Counted from the first letter of the stretch, positions 26,702 to 36,617 are shown. The stretch: 64,000 bases of DNA from Deltaproteobacteria bacterium (GCA_024639185.1 JAHEIW010000002.1:2842-66841); one strand, 5' to 3'. The notes: generated from the sequence alone by a model not told the origin. A program made the numbers and translations.

Positions 26702-28588
26702 CTATCGCCTTTGATGCCTTGCGTTGCATTCTTCAAAAATAGAATCGATCGAATCCTTTTCGATGTCCTGCCCAATTAGAGTCAGAAATCTGTCCGACAT
26801 ATTGGGATTATTAAATTCTGAAAACTCATAACGTCCCCCAACATACTGAAAGAGCATAGGTTTTTCGGTGCCCTTAAATTCTATTATACCTTTAATGCGG
26901 AAGATCAAGTGTGGAGTAGCCTCAATGGCGTTGATAAAGCGCTTCTTATTAATCGGTTCGGTAAACGAAATTTTATAACTTGAGAGTCCATCGTGTTCAT
27001 GCGACTGGCGGATTTGATGCGTTTCACCTTGATTTTTTTTCTGGTGGTTGATTATTGCTTCATCTTGCGGGTCAACCCCATAAATTAGGGTAGGATTGAT
27101 GTCGCCCTGTAAAGTCGCTATAATGGGGGCTGTCGGATTAATCTTTTTTAGTTTTTGCCTTATTTCCTGTAGTCGAAGGTCGGTTAAAAAATCTCTTTTA
27201 TTTAATAGCAAAATGTCAGCTGCTTTTATCTGATCCGCTACGACATCATAATCTTTCAGCGATTGTACCACATTCAGACCGTCAACCATTGTGGTGATGG
27301 AATCAAATCGGACCCATTCTTCTATTTCTGATATTTCATCCAGGAGATTGTAGGGATTGGCCACGCCGGTGGTCTCGCACACAATATAGTCAGGATGGAA
27401 GTTTGATAAAATTTGACGAATGGCGTTTTTTAAATTCCCCACCAGGGTGCAACATATACACCCCTCGTCGATTTCAGTGACGGCGTAATCATCATTCAAC
27501 AATTTTCCATCCAGACCGATTTCACCTATCTCATTTTGAATTACAGCCACAAACCGATTCAGTTGAACTTGATATTCAATAAAATGTTGTAAAAAACTGG
27601 TTTTGCCCGAGCCCAAAAAACCAGTCAGCACAAGCAATTGGGGCCGATCATCGACACCCAAAATTTTCTTATCAAGGGTTTTATAATCACTTAATTGATG
27701 CGCTTTCCACCATAGCGCATCTTTATATTTTGGTATGACCGCCTCTCCTATTTCCCAGTTAACCTCGTTGCTGGGGGGAACCGTTTTATCCGCCATAGTC
27801 TCGACAATGTTTCTATAACTTGCTTTCCCGTATCCTAAATATAGTGATTCTTCATTTGAATCGTCTAATGGAATTTGCCAGTGATGGCCGGTGGCATCGT
27901 AGACGACATCTTTTCCAGGTCGACGCAAATAGCTCATATAAACAGGGGGCACTTCGAGATTAAACGTAAAAGAAGCAGCCAAAACCTGATAAAAAGCCAA
28001 AGCAGTGCTGTAGGAAGGAAAATTTTGATCATAACCCCCTGGCTGGATCAGCTCAACCAAACGCCCCTCTCGGAGTAATGATACTCCGTCTATGGCAATG
28101 AGTCTCTGCCGAGAAACACTTTCAAGCCCCAGAATCAAGGCATCGCCTCCCTTGCTGATACCCAATTCGATGATCCCGATATTAAATAGCTCGCAAAGCT
28201 GCGGATAAAATAAAAACTCCCGGATATGAGGGAGATAGTCTTCCCTTTGGGTATAAGCACCAGCCTGCAAAGAAAAAAGCTCAACCAAATCTTCTTGCGG
28301 ATCCGGAAAATATAGTAAAACAAATTTGGCGATTAACCAATCTTGAACTGAGTCGAGGGCTTCAAAATACATTCCGAAAACACCTGACATATCTTTGATT
28401 TTAGCCGTCCAGCCCTCCACACTTGTAAAGGTTTCCTTCAGCCCCCGCCACCCAATGACATGCCGCACACCGGGGATAAAATTCGTCCTGACCAAAATCC
28501 CACGCATTAATTCCTGAATCCCCTGCTCAGGAGAAGATAGAATTTCATTTGGACCTAATTGTTTCAGTTTCGTTAAAGAATTGCTCAT
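26702..28588 (-). CDS. CobW/G3E-family metallochaperone GTPase with a roughly 310-aa N-terminal extension of unknown function
   Basis: P-loop GFLGSGKTS, metal motif EGCICCTL and NKRD (NKxD). A His-rich linker (THQIRQSHEHD) and a CobW_C-like tail follow. The first 310 aa or so have no motif I recognise. Confidence 0.8.
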   Translation of the reverse strand: MSNSLTKLKQLGPNEILSSPEQGIQELMRGILVRTNFIPGVRHVIGWRGLKETFTSVEGWTAKIKDMSGVFGMYFEALDSVQDWLIAKFVLLYFPDPQEDLVELFSLQAGAYTQREDYLPHIREFLFYPQLCELFNIGIIELGISKGGDALILGLESVSRQRLIAIDGVSLLREGRLVELIQPGGYDQNFPSYSTALAFYQVLAASFTFNLEVPPVYMSYLRRPGKDVVYDATGHHWQIPLDDSNEESLYLGYGKASYRNIVETMADKTVPPSNEVNWEIGEAVIPKYKDALWWKAHQLSDYKTLDKKILGVDDRPQLLVLTGFLGSGKTSFLQHFIEYQVQLNRFVAVIQNEIGEIGLDGKLLNDDYAVTEIDEGCICCTLVGNLKNAIRQILSNFHPDYIVCETTGVANPYNLLDEISEIEEWVRFDSITTMVDGLNVVQSLKDYDVVADQIKAADILLLNKRDFLTDLRLQEIRQKLKKINPTAPIIATLQGDINPTLIYGVDPQDEAIINHQKKNQGETHQIRQSHEHDGLSSYKISFTEPINKKRFINAIEATPHLIFRIKGIIEFKGTEKPMLFQYVGGRYEFSEFNNPNMSDRFLTLIGQDIEKDSIDSIFEECNARHQRR

Positions 28589-28820
28589 TTTTTTAGATTT
28601 TTGCTATGCCTGTTGATTCCGAATTTGGTCGTTTCAAATAGGAAGCTATTTAGGAATAACCTATCGTATTGACTTTTAATTATTTTTGGCTTCAACCAGG
28701 AGATGAGAACTGTTTCCTCATCCCCCGGTACCGCCTTTTAATAAAGCGTGAATTCTCGAAGCAGTTTTAGCTGAATTTGATACTTAACTCCTGATCGACC
28801 TGCAGATTCGGGACTCGAGA

Positions 28821-29996
28821 CTAAACTTCAATGCCGAATCCAATTTTATCGCCATTTCCCAGATAGGCCTTGTCTTTTGATCTGTTCTGAGCTGTGCCCT
28901 CAACCACTGGATACCCCGCCGAAATAAATTTTTTAGCGCACAGGATACCGGTACAATGATTGCAGCCGATCTTTTCGAATCCGTATTTTCCCAGCGATAT
29001 CACCAGATCGTCATATTTGGGGTCCCAATCCTCAAATGGTGAAATATGCAACCCCCCGTAGACGCCGTACAGGTTATCATTTTCATACTTGATCTCGCGA
29101 TAGGCGGTTTCAGCAAATTGAATAATACTTTGATGACAGCAGCCGGTGACGCTCACCAGACCTTTGTCTTTGATATTAAAGTACAGCGATTGTTCCCCAT
29201 AAACCCGGCAGATAATGGGTATTGCAAATACAAAAGAGGCCATACCAGGGATGACTGGGTTTAAACCGGCCTTAACCTTTATCACCTTGCCCTTATGACC
29301 TGCATCTTTGATGTACTGAAGCCCTTCAGGATAAAATCCTTCCGGTATATACATTGTGATCGTCGGGTCATATTTCATGGTGACCGGCAAACCCCAGAAG
29401 TGGTCAAAGTGTTCATGGGAAATAAAAAGGGCCTCAATCTCTCTATTTTCCAGCATCTTATCAATGCCTTCGCGTTTGAAACACTCATCGGTCCATTTAT
29501 ACGACCAGCCGGAATCGAGCAGATATTTATGTTTTTTACCATTGAGTTCTTCCAGTTCGATCAAACAGGCATAGCCGCCGGCATTTTCCGGATGCACGGA
29601 GAGTTTTTCGGTGACCGCCCAGGCTTCATCGAGCTTATCCGGCAGCAGATGTTTGATTTTAGCGATTCCCTTTTCATAGGAGCCTTTACCCAGACCGGAT
29701 CCGTCCCCGAAGGGCGGCCAGTTATAGTCATACTGGTTCACCAGCAGGCCGCCAGCGCCTTTAATATCCCCCATCAAGTGGGCATTTTCAAACCAGCTGG
29801 TTTCAGAGATATTGGTGACTTTGATATTTTTACAGGCCCCGATGTCTGCCAATTTTCTTTCAACTTTGGGAAAGTGGCCTTTGCGCCAGGGTGAGTACGA
29901 ATAAATACCCATCATGGCCAATGTTCCGCCCATCACTCCTATGGCTGTTCCTTTAAAAAAGTCGCGACGATTTATTTTACCTTTTTCGCCAGACAT
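28821..29996 (-). CDS. Tat-exported metallo-beta-lactamase-fold protein
   Basis: Twin-arginine signal NRRDFFKGTAIGVMGG and MBL motif FISHEHFDHFWG (HxHxDH). RBS AAGGAGGT. Confidence 0.8.
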   Translation of the reverse strand: MSGEKGKINRRDFFKGTAIGVMGGTLAMMGIYSYSPWRKGHFPKVERKLADIGACKNIKVTNISETSWFENAHLMGDIKGAGGLLVNQYDYNWPPFGDGSGLGKGSYEKGIAKIKHLLPDKLDEAWAVTEKLSVHPENAGGYACLIELEELNGKKHKYLLDSGWSYKWTDECFKREGIDKMLENREIEALFISHEHFDHFWGLPVTMKYDPTITMYIPEGFYPEGLQYIKDAGHKGKVIKVKAGLNPVIPGMASFVFAIPIICRVYGEQSLYFNIKDKGLVSVTGCCHQSIIQFAETAYREIKYENDNLYGVYGGLHISPFEDWDPKYDDLVISLGKYGFEKIGCNHCTGILCAKKFISAGYPVVEGTAQNRSKDKAYLGNGDKIGFGIEV

Positions 29997-30046
29997 ATTT
30001 CATACCTCCTTGTTTCAGGTTTAACCCCAAAAGGATGCAACGCCGA

Positions 30047-31459
30047 TTACTTAATGACATCGATTGCCGCATAAAATACCGGCAACAAAGCAATTGTTAT
30101 AAAGTAGGCTACTACTCCAACAACGGCCCCGACACCCATGCCCCAACCCAGGGCGGGATTCCACCTGACGTCTCTGACAAGAGCCTGCTCGGCTTCATGA
30201 TCGCGGGCAATTTCCTCGGCGGTTTTGGGAACCATCTTCCAACCGGGCCAGTTGTCCATAAACCAGTGGTGTACCAGCCAGATGTTAATCAACCAGATAG
30301 TCGGAATCATTGGAAACTGCTGCGGATGCGAAAACCCTTTTTGAGTGCCCAGAAAGTTATGAGATGTCTTGTAGTATAAAATATACAGCAGGATGGCGGC
30401 AACGATCGTAATCACCGTCCGGATAAGTACGTTGACCGGCATGCTGAATTTTTTGGGCCAGTTGTTGCAGTAAAAGGTAATAAACAGGGCCGGTACCAAA
30501 AAGAACACTGCCATTTCACCAACATGCAGCCAGCGCCAATCCGGTGCAAAAGCTCTACGGGTACCCCGAATGGCCGGTCCCCAGGTCATTTCCTGTAGAA
30601 AATAGAGAAAGAAATGCATGGCAAAGGCAATGGCGATGATTCCAAAAAACGCCACCAGGCGCCGCAACCAGTTCCGCTTGATCAGATTAAACGGATAGCG
30701 ACCCCAGATGGTTTCAACAATCCAGACCGTGACCGTACAACACATGATCCAGGAAACGTGAAAGTTGCCGGAAACGGTGTTGGCGAATTTTTCCCAATAG
30801 GGCGGTGCAATTGAAGTAAAATACTGCCAGGGATAATATAAAATGCCCATGTGCGAATGCATGGTCATAAAATAGACCAAGGTGCTCAGGAAAAAAGTCA
30901 TAATCAGAATACTGACGCCCTTTCCCGGTTGTTTTAAATCCTGCCAGGGGGCCTCCTCGCAGGCAACCACCCAGGCCGGACTCAACCAGGAAGCAATGGC
31001 AGCAAACATCAGGCAGGCCAGAGCCGCGTATTCGATCGCAAAAAATTCGGTAACCCCCGGCAGTTTAGTCAGTTGTCCGGGGTTAAAATAGGCCAAACCA
31101 AAATTTCCCAGCAGCCCTTCAAAGAAACCTTTGATCAAAATGTACAGGACGCCAAACGAGACGGCTGTGAGGACCCCCCCTTTTATCAGTGGATGGGTTT
31201 TTTCCAGCCAGGATCGTTTAAAAGGCCAGTAATTAAAAATGTAAACCATCCAGATGAGTACGATCAACCACCACCGTGTATACATATAGCCCACATAGGG
31301 TGTATACATTCGCATCCATCCGCGCGGATCCTGGAAAATCCACCAGGTGGCATAAAACAAAATCAGCGTAAAGACCAAGCTGACAATGGCCGGAATCGGC
31401 TGCGGCCATCGTTGCGTAAGGCTACGCTCCTCCAGATAGTCTATACCAAATTTTTCCAT
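30047..31459 (-). CDS. Polytopic Trp/Tyr-rich integral membrane protein of unknown family (470 aa)
   Basis: At least 10 hydrophobic segments. Very high aromatic content, with about 35 Trp. RBS GGAAGGAGG. Confidence 0.7.
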   Translation of the reverse strand: MEKFGIDYLEERSLTQRWPQPIPAIVSLVFTLILFYATWWIFQDPRGWMRMYTPYVGYMYTRWWLIVLIWMVYIFNYWPFKRSWLEKTHPLIKGGVLTAVSFGVLYILIKGFFEGLLGNFGLAYFNPGQLTKLPGVTEFFAIEYAALACLMFAAIASWLSPAWVVACEEAPWQDLKQPGKGVSILIMTFFLSTLVYFMTMHSHMGILYYPWQYFTSIAPPYWEKFANTVSGNFHVSWIMCCTVTVWIVETIWGRYPFNLIKRNWLRRLVAFFGIIAIAFAMHFFLYFLQEMTWGPAIRGTRRAFAPDWRWLHVGEMAVFFLVPALFITFYCNNWPKKFSMPVNVLIRTVITIVAAILLYILYYKTSHNFLGTQKGFSHPQQFPMIPTIWLINIWLVHHWFMDNWPGWKMVPKTAEEIARDHEAEQALVRDVRWNPALGWGMGVGAVVGVVAYFITIALLPVFYAAIDVIK

Positions 31460-31556
31460 TGCAGCCTCCTTCCTATCCTATAAAGTTTTCGTTTTTATTA
31501 CGCCTATTAGTTATGTCCAAGCCTCAGCTTTCTGATGGATATAATTTTATAGTTGC

Positions 31557-31793
31557 TTAGTTGTTATTCGTGTCATCCCTTAAACGATTGACCGCCACAC
31601 TTAATTGCTCCGGATCCATTGTTGCGGGATCAATTCCAAGACATATCGCCTCCAGAAACAGTGATTCGGGGATCAACTCAGCGAGTTCGGAAGAAGACTC
31701 TTTTTTTTGAAATGAAAAAATTGAGTTGAAGTCTTTGATCAAGTCAAAACACTTTACGGCCGTAACATGGAAAAATTGTTTTCTGGAATACAT
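31557..31793 (-). CDS. Small hypothetical protein (78 aa), first gene after a sigma-54 promoter
   Basis: ORF only, with a weak RBS. Its position between the promoter at 31902-31917 and the membrane-protein gene supports expression. Confidence 0.4.
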   Translation of the reverse strand: MYSRKQFFHVTAVKCFDLIKDFNSIFSFQKKESSSELAELIPESLFLEAICLGIDPATMDPEQLSVAVNRLRDDTNNN

Positions 31794-31901
31794 ATCTAGT
31801 TGACCCTAAATTTGTTTGAAAATCTACCATTTGAAGGTATTCGTTTGTGCTTACATATAATGCCTATTGCTGAATTGTAGCCTAATCAATTTTGTTACGA
31901 A

Positions 31902-31917
31902 TGCACGCAGCATGCCA
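31902..31917 (-). promoter_or_regulatory. Sigma-54 promoter upstream of the small protein / membrane protein / Tat-MBL operon
   Basis: Minus-strand sequence TGGCATGCTGCGTGCA. Confidence 0.65.
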
Positions 31918-32184
31918 CAGCCAGCAATTTTTTTATACTAATGTTATCAATTTGTTATCGGCATTATGATTAAAAATTTTTCCGAGATAGAGTGGAATTT
32001 AGAAAAATTGCGAAGGCTGAATTAGAAAAATTTCAAGATTAAACTCGCGGTTTATGAATTGGAGAGTAGCTGGAAGTTGCACAAAAATGGCTGATCATTC
32101 TCCTCTTTTGTAAATCGGCAAACAAAGTAATTATGGTTTTATTGGCTTGATTTGCCCCAACGGCCAATTGTAGATAAAAGACAT

Positions 32185-32442
32185 TTATGGCTGGATATCT
32201 GGGATTTCCACATCTCCCCAATCTGGGATGTAACAAGTGATATTTTTAAACTCAACTTTTGCGCCACATTCAGGACACGTTTCAGGGGCACTCGCAGAAA
32301 TTAGAGTGTAGGCACAGTGATCGCATTTCCAGAAGGTGAGATGACATTTAGGGCAGATATCTCCATCAAAACGTTTTGATGAGGAATATCCGCAATTTGT
32401 GCATATCCATACAGATTGACTATCTTCGCATTTTTCTATCAT
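32185..32442 (-). CDS. Rubredoxin-like double zinc-ribbon protein (85 aa)
   Basis: Four CxxC pairs: CTNC, CPKC, CDHC and CPEC. Confidence 0.6.
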   Translation of the reverse strand: MIEKCEDSQSVWICTNCGYSSSKRFDGDICPKCHLTFWKCDHCAYTLISASAPETCPECGAKVEFKNITCYIPDWGDVEIPDIQP

Positions 32443-32519
32443 TTTTCACATAGTGCTGATTTCTACCTGTATCCAATCAAGATATGGTTGGCTGTTGGGT
32501 AATAAGTATTTTAGAAGCA

Positions 32520-33506
32520 TCAAATATGAATGGATAGATCAGCCTCCATTGGCTGATCTTCGCTTAAGTTAACGTTCGACTTCCGCATGATAAACATCTT
32601 ACCCCGGTATTTTGCTTCAACAAGCAGATCTTGAGCCATTAATTTTCGAACAATTTGCCAATCCGCGCCGGCTCGCATCAAAAATTCATTGACCGCATCC
32701 TGGCGCATGGGATGCACGGCGGTGATACTCAGCAGGTCCTGTTCGACATCACCGGTAAAAGCGAAGGCATTGCCTTCGTAGCCAATCAAATACTCCACCT
32801 GAAATGGCCGTTGACTGAAAATTTGGAAAGCTTCGTTTAAGACATTCTCAGATGGAGGTCTCACCCATTTTGTGGCGGGGGGTCTTGTTGGAACGGCTAA
32901 ATAAGCCTTATGCGGTTGAAGGTGGTTCAAAAAGACGGCAATTTTTCGAAGGCTTTTAGCGCTGTCATTGAGGCCTCTAACCAGCATGGTCTCCGTTACC
33001 AGGGTTCCTGAATAATCATTAGCAAATTCAACCATGCCTCTCAAAATAGTCTTCTGTTTCAGCGTCCGCTGGGGGCAATTCATTCGGCGCCAGGTATTTC
33101 CATGGGTGGAATCAATTTTAAAAGAGACCCAATCCGCTTTTGCCAGGTCTGCTCTGACATCCTTGCGCCAGATGAGAGCGCCGTTTGTAATGACGGCAAT
33201 TTTGAACCCCAGCGATTTTAGAAGCTCGATTTCCCGTCCAAGATTGGCATCCAGGGTAGCTTCGCCATCGGGCACGAAAGTCAAATAATCAACTGATTCG
33301 CTTTTCTTCTGTGCTTCTTGGACTTTCTGGCCAACATCCCTATAAATTTCTTCTGGATCATAGAACCGGGCTCGATGGACTTCCATCCGGGTTGTTTTTC
33401 CGACCTGGCAGTACACACAGGCGTAAGTACACACCTTGGGTGGTATATTGTTAATTCCCAGGCTTCGGCCTAAGCGTCTGGAAGGAACCGGCCCAAAGGC
33501 AATCAT
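32520..33506 (-). CDS. Radical SAM protein (COG0731-like, function unknown)
   Basis: N-terminus FGPVPSRRLGRSLGINNIPPKVCTYACVYCQVG carries the CxxxCxxC radical-SAM triad. Confidence 0.85.
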   Translation of the reverse strand: MIAFGPVPSRRLGRSLGINNIPPKVCTYACVYCQVGKTTRMEVHRARFYDPEEIYRDVGQKVQEAQKKSESVDYLTFVPDGEATLDANLGREIELLKSLGFKIAVITNGALIWRKDVRADLAKADWVSFKIDSTHGNTWRRMNCPQRTLKQKTILRGMVEFANDYSGTLVTETMLVRGLNDSAKSLRKIAVFLNHLQPHKAYLAVPTRPPATKWVRPPSENVLNEAFQIFSQRPFQVEYLIGYEGNAFAFTGDVEQDLLSITAVHPMRQDAVNEFLMRAGADWQIVRKLMAQDLLVEAKYRGKMFIMRKSNVNLSEDQPMEADLSIHI

Positions 33507-33601
33507 GATATCTTATATCCTTCAGTAAGACATGCGATCCCAAATAGTCGACATCAAGTGTACACCTACTTATATGATCGTTGGCGAGTGGTATAACTTT
33601 A

Positions 33602-34297
33602 TCAGATAGTTGTATACTTCAATTCAAATTCCTTTATAGCCACCATAATTCCTGCGAGCATCGCTTTTCTTAGTGAGGGGGTTTGCAAAGTTCTATCCTT
33701 GCTATGTTCAAGCTCTTTTTCCTTTTTTAATTGGATAATAGTATCAAGCATCAGATCTGTTTCAGCGTGCTGGTTTAACTCTTTTAATACCTTGCATCCT
33801 AAGCCGCTTCCGTTCCACTTGTCAAAATATAGGCCAAAATGCTGCATCAAATAATCGTGGCTCTGTTTTCGCGCCCATTCATTTCCAATCTTATAAGCCT
33901 CAGATTCAGTTATAGCCTTGTCATTTCGAACAGCCTCTGCCTCTTTTTCAAATCCCCAATCCATCAATAAATCTTCTATGTCTTTCTCACAGAATCCGGC
34001 TTCTGCTTCGGTCACACTGAGAACATATTTTGCAACCTCATGTGCGATTATATAAATTATTTGGTGTCCGGACTTTGTGAGGATTTTCGAATTTAAATAA
34101 ACCAGCGCTTTGACAGGACTAGCAAAGTCATACCGCAGCAGGTATGCATTAAAAATATCCTCATCAGTGAGTATTTGAAAACTCTCATCGCTTAAAATCT
34201 TATCACGCGCCGCTTCCGGGAGGCGTTCAAAGACGGCTGCCAAATAGGGATAAAACCGGAAATCACAAACCTTGAATCTATTTATCCTTTTATCCAT
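33602..34297 (-). CDS. Hypothetical protein (231 aa)
   Basis: ORF with an AAGGA RBS. It lies between cooS and the radical SAM gene on the same strand. It contains IAHEVAKYV, which is HExxK and not a true HExxH. Confidence 0.5.
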   Translation of the reverse strand: MDKRINRFKVCDFRFYPYLAAVFERLPEAARDKILSDESFQILTDEDIFNAYLLRYDFASPVKALVYLNSKILTKSGHQIIYIIAHEVAKYVLSVTEAEAGFCEKDIEDLLMDWGFEKEAEAVRNDKAITESEAYKIGNEWARKQSHDYLMQHFGLYFDKWNGSGLGCKVLKELNQHAETDLMLDTIIQLKKEKELEHSKDRTLQTPSLRKAMLAGIMVAIKEFELKYTTI

Positions 34298-34409
34298 GAT
34301 GAAGTCCTTACAAAGTGGGATTACAGAAAATTTTTTAAACTCACATAAAAATTTTTCATGGAATCGGCAAAATATTTATCCATCTAACCCCGATTTTGTG
34401 AAATTTATA

Positions 34410-36440
34410 TTACGCCGATTCGAGTTCCCGGCGCGCGGCCATATCCACCAGTATTCGTTCTCTGGCCTTGTCGATGCCGAGATCGCTGCGCTTCTTGTCG
34501 ATGTGGGCAATCATCTTGTGGGCGTGCTTAATCGGATCGACTTCCAGGTCCCACATACCGCCGTACATTTTTTCAAATTCCTTGAACAGGTAGTCTTTAA
34601 ACACCGGTGCACCGGATACCGGAAGGGTGACACCAAAAACCGTGTAGACACCGGAGGCCACAAAATAATGGCCGATACTGATGGCTTTTTCACTCATCCA
34701 TTCCGGCGCGCTGCCGGCCGCAGGCAGATCACTGATGTCGTTGCCCAGGCCACCGGCCTTGACCACCTCTGTGGCCGCCAGCAGGATACGGCTGTTGTCC
34801 ACACAGGATCCCAAATGCAGCACGGGCGGAATACCGACGGTTTCACACACCTCGGCCAGACCCGGCCCACAGAACACACGGGCGGATTCCGGCGTCAGCA
34901 AACCCTCCATGGCGCAGGCAATTGCATTGCAACCGGTCGTCAGCACAATCACGTCATTTTTGATGAGCTCCTTTACGATCTGGATATGACTCTCATTATG
35001 CCGGGTCCTCACATTGTTGCACCCCACTACACCGCCAATTCCGCGGATGCGACCGTTAATAATGTTGTCGTTCAACGTGTAGTAAGACCCGCGAAACATG
35101 CCGCCCAGATGGTATTCGATGGATTCCACACCGAAACCCGCTACGATCGGAGATTTCTGCCTGGGGATCATCACCTCGGATTTTCGGGTTTCAAAATTGT
35201 CAATGGCCAGCTTGACGATCCTCTCGGCATCTTCGATGGCATGATGCTCATCAAACTCAATGTGAATGACGTTGTCCTGTTCCATACGGGCAATGGGGTG
35301 GGTGGTAATCAGTTTAGTGTGAAAGCATTTGGCCACGTTGGCTAAATTTTGAAAGATACATTGAATATCGACGACCATGGCATCACAGGCACCTGTGATG
35401 ATAGCCAGTTCCTGCTGCAGAAAGGTCCCGCACAGGGGCACCCCGTGGCGCTGTAAAATCTCATTGGCCGTACAGCAGATGCCGGAAAGCTGGATGCCTT
35501 TGGCGCCCCTGGATTTGGCATATTCATGCATCTCTTTTTTCTGGGAGACCGCAACGATCATCTCGGAGAGCACCGGTTCGTGGCCGTGAATGACGATATT
35601 GACCATGTCTTCTTTCATAACTCCGAGATTGGCTTCGGATGCCAGCGGATAAGGCGTTCCAAAGAGGATGTCCTGCAGCTCGGTGGCCAGCATCGAACCG
35701 CCCCAGCCGTCGGCGATGGCCGCGCGGGTGCCCTGCTTCATCAGGTTTTTGTAATCCTGATCCACACCGATGTGGGTGCGGTGCATGATTTCAACAATTT
35801 CGCGGTCGATGTTGCGCGGCAAAACGCCCTGCTTTTGCCAGAGCTCGTAACGCGGCTCAGGCGCGCGCCTGGCAAAAAGAAGTTCGCCTTCAGCCTTGCC
35901 CCATTCATTGAGCGCTTTTTCACCGACTTCCACGGCGATTTCATCCATATCCCGATCAAGCTGCTCACCGTCAACCTCCACCGTTGTGTCGACGCCCAAA
36001 ACCCCGGCCACTTCGATAAGCTTTTTCTTATCCTTGATCTTATAAGCATCGGTTTCTTTTCGCGCAGCGGCCATAAAGATTTCTGCCACTGAACGGCCAT
36101 GGTCCGAATGGGCGGCTGCACCGCCGGCAATCATGCGGATAAAATTGCGGGCCGCAATAGTGTTGGGAGTAGCCCCGCAAATTCCCTTGCGGGTGTCTTC
36201 GCCCTCAATCCCGCCTTTGGGAAGCGGCAGGCGACAGGGCCCCATGCCGCAGTTTTTACAGCAGATACCCTGGGTTCCGATATTACACGGTTTCATTGTC
36301 ACAGCCCGGTCAAAGGCTGTCTCCACCCCCAGGTCATGGGCCCGTTGAATCATCTGCTGACTGGCCGGATCAATGGTTGCCGCTGCAGGATCAGCCAATT
36401 TCTTTGCCTTGGGCGCTTCTTTTTCGTTTTTTTCTGCCAT
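34410..36440 (-). CDS. cooS: Anaerobic Ni,Fe carbon-monoxide dehydrogenase catalytic subunit
   Basis: 676 aa. N-terminal D/B-cluster Cys motif CNIGTQGICCKNCGMGPCRL and C-cluster region ...HGHEPVL...GICCTANE...GCNNV.... RBS AAGGAGGA. Confidence 0.95.
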   Translation of the reverse strand: MAEKNEKEAPKAKKLADPAAATIDPASQQMIQRAHDLGVETAFDRAVTMKPCNIGTQGICCKNCGMGPCRLPLPKGGIEGEDTRKGICGATPNTIAARNFIRMIAGGAAAHSDHGRSVAEIFMAAARKETDAYKIKDKKKLIEVAGVLGVDTTVEVDGEQLDRDMDEIAVEVGEKALNEWGKAEGELLFARRAPEPRYELWQKQGVLPRNIDREIVEIMHRTHIGVDQDYKNLMKQGTRAAIADGWGGSMLATELQDILFGTPYPLASEANLGVMKEDMVNIVIHGHEPVLSEMIVAVSQKKEMHEYAKSRGAKGIQLSGICCTANEILQRHGVPLCGTFLQQELAIITGACDAMVVDIQCIFQNLANVAKCFHTKLITTHPIARMEQDNVIHIEFDEHHAIEDAERIVKLAIDNFETRKSEVMIPRQKSPIVAGFGVESIEYHLGGMFRGSYYTLNDNIINGRIRGIGGVVGCNNVRTRHNESHIQIVKELIKNDVIVLTTGCNAIACAMEGLLTPESARVFCGPGLAEVCETVGIPPVLHLGSCVDNSRILLAATEVVKAGGLGNDISDLPAAGSAPEWMSEKAISIGHYFVASGVYTVFGVTLPVSGAPVFKDYLFKEFEKMYGGMWDLEVDPIKHAHKMIAHIDKKRSDLGIDKARERILVDMAARRELESA

Positions 36441-36601
36441 TGGATTCCTCCTTAGAGCGTATGTGTTTTTCTAATGATTGAGATGCCGAAATTCTGGAAG
36501 CTGCATTGGGTTCGAGCAGCGAAAAGAAAAATTTTAACCGCATGGCAGTTAAATCATTTCAATGAATTTCGAAATGACTCACTGATTTACGAAGGAAATT
36601 T

Positions 36602-36617
36602 TGCATGATGTATGCCA
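36602..36617 (-). promoter_or_regulatory. Sigma-54 promoter upstream of cooS
   Basis: Minus-strand sequence TGGCATACATCATGCA, about 160 nt upstream of the cooS ATG. Confidence 0.7.

Noticed and set aside
28690-28730. Hairpin ggagatgag-N9-ctcatcccc downstream of the Tat-MBL gene, considered as a terminator
   Set aside because: The stem has a mismatch and no T-run follows on the transcribed (minus) strand. The evidence is too weak to annotate.
29295-29894. 199-aa plus-strand ORF
   Set aside because: It is antisense to the Tat-MBL gene and has no RBS or motifs.
34272-35345. 357-aa plus-strand ORF
   Set aside because: It lies entirely antisense to cooS, whose identity is unambiguous. It has no RBS and an Arg/Gly/His-rich low-complexity translation typical of a shadow frame.
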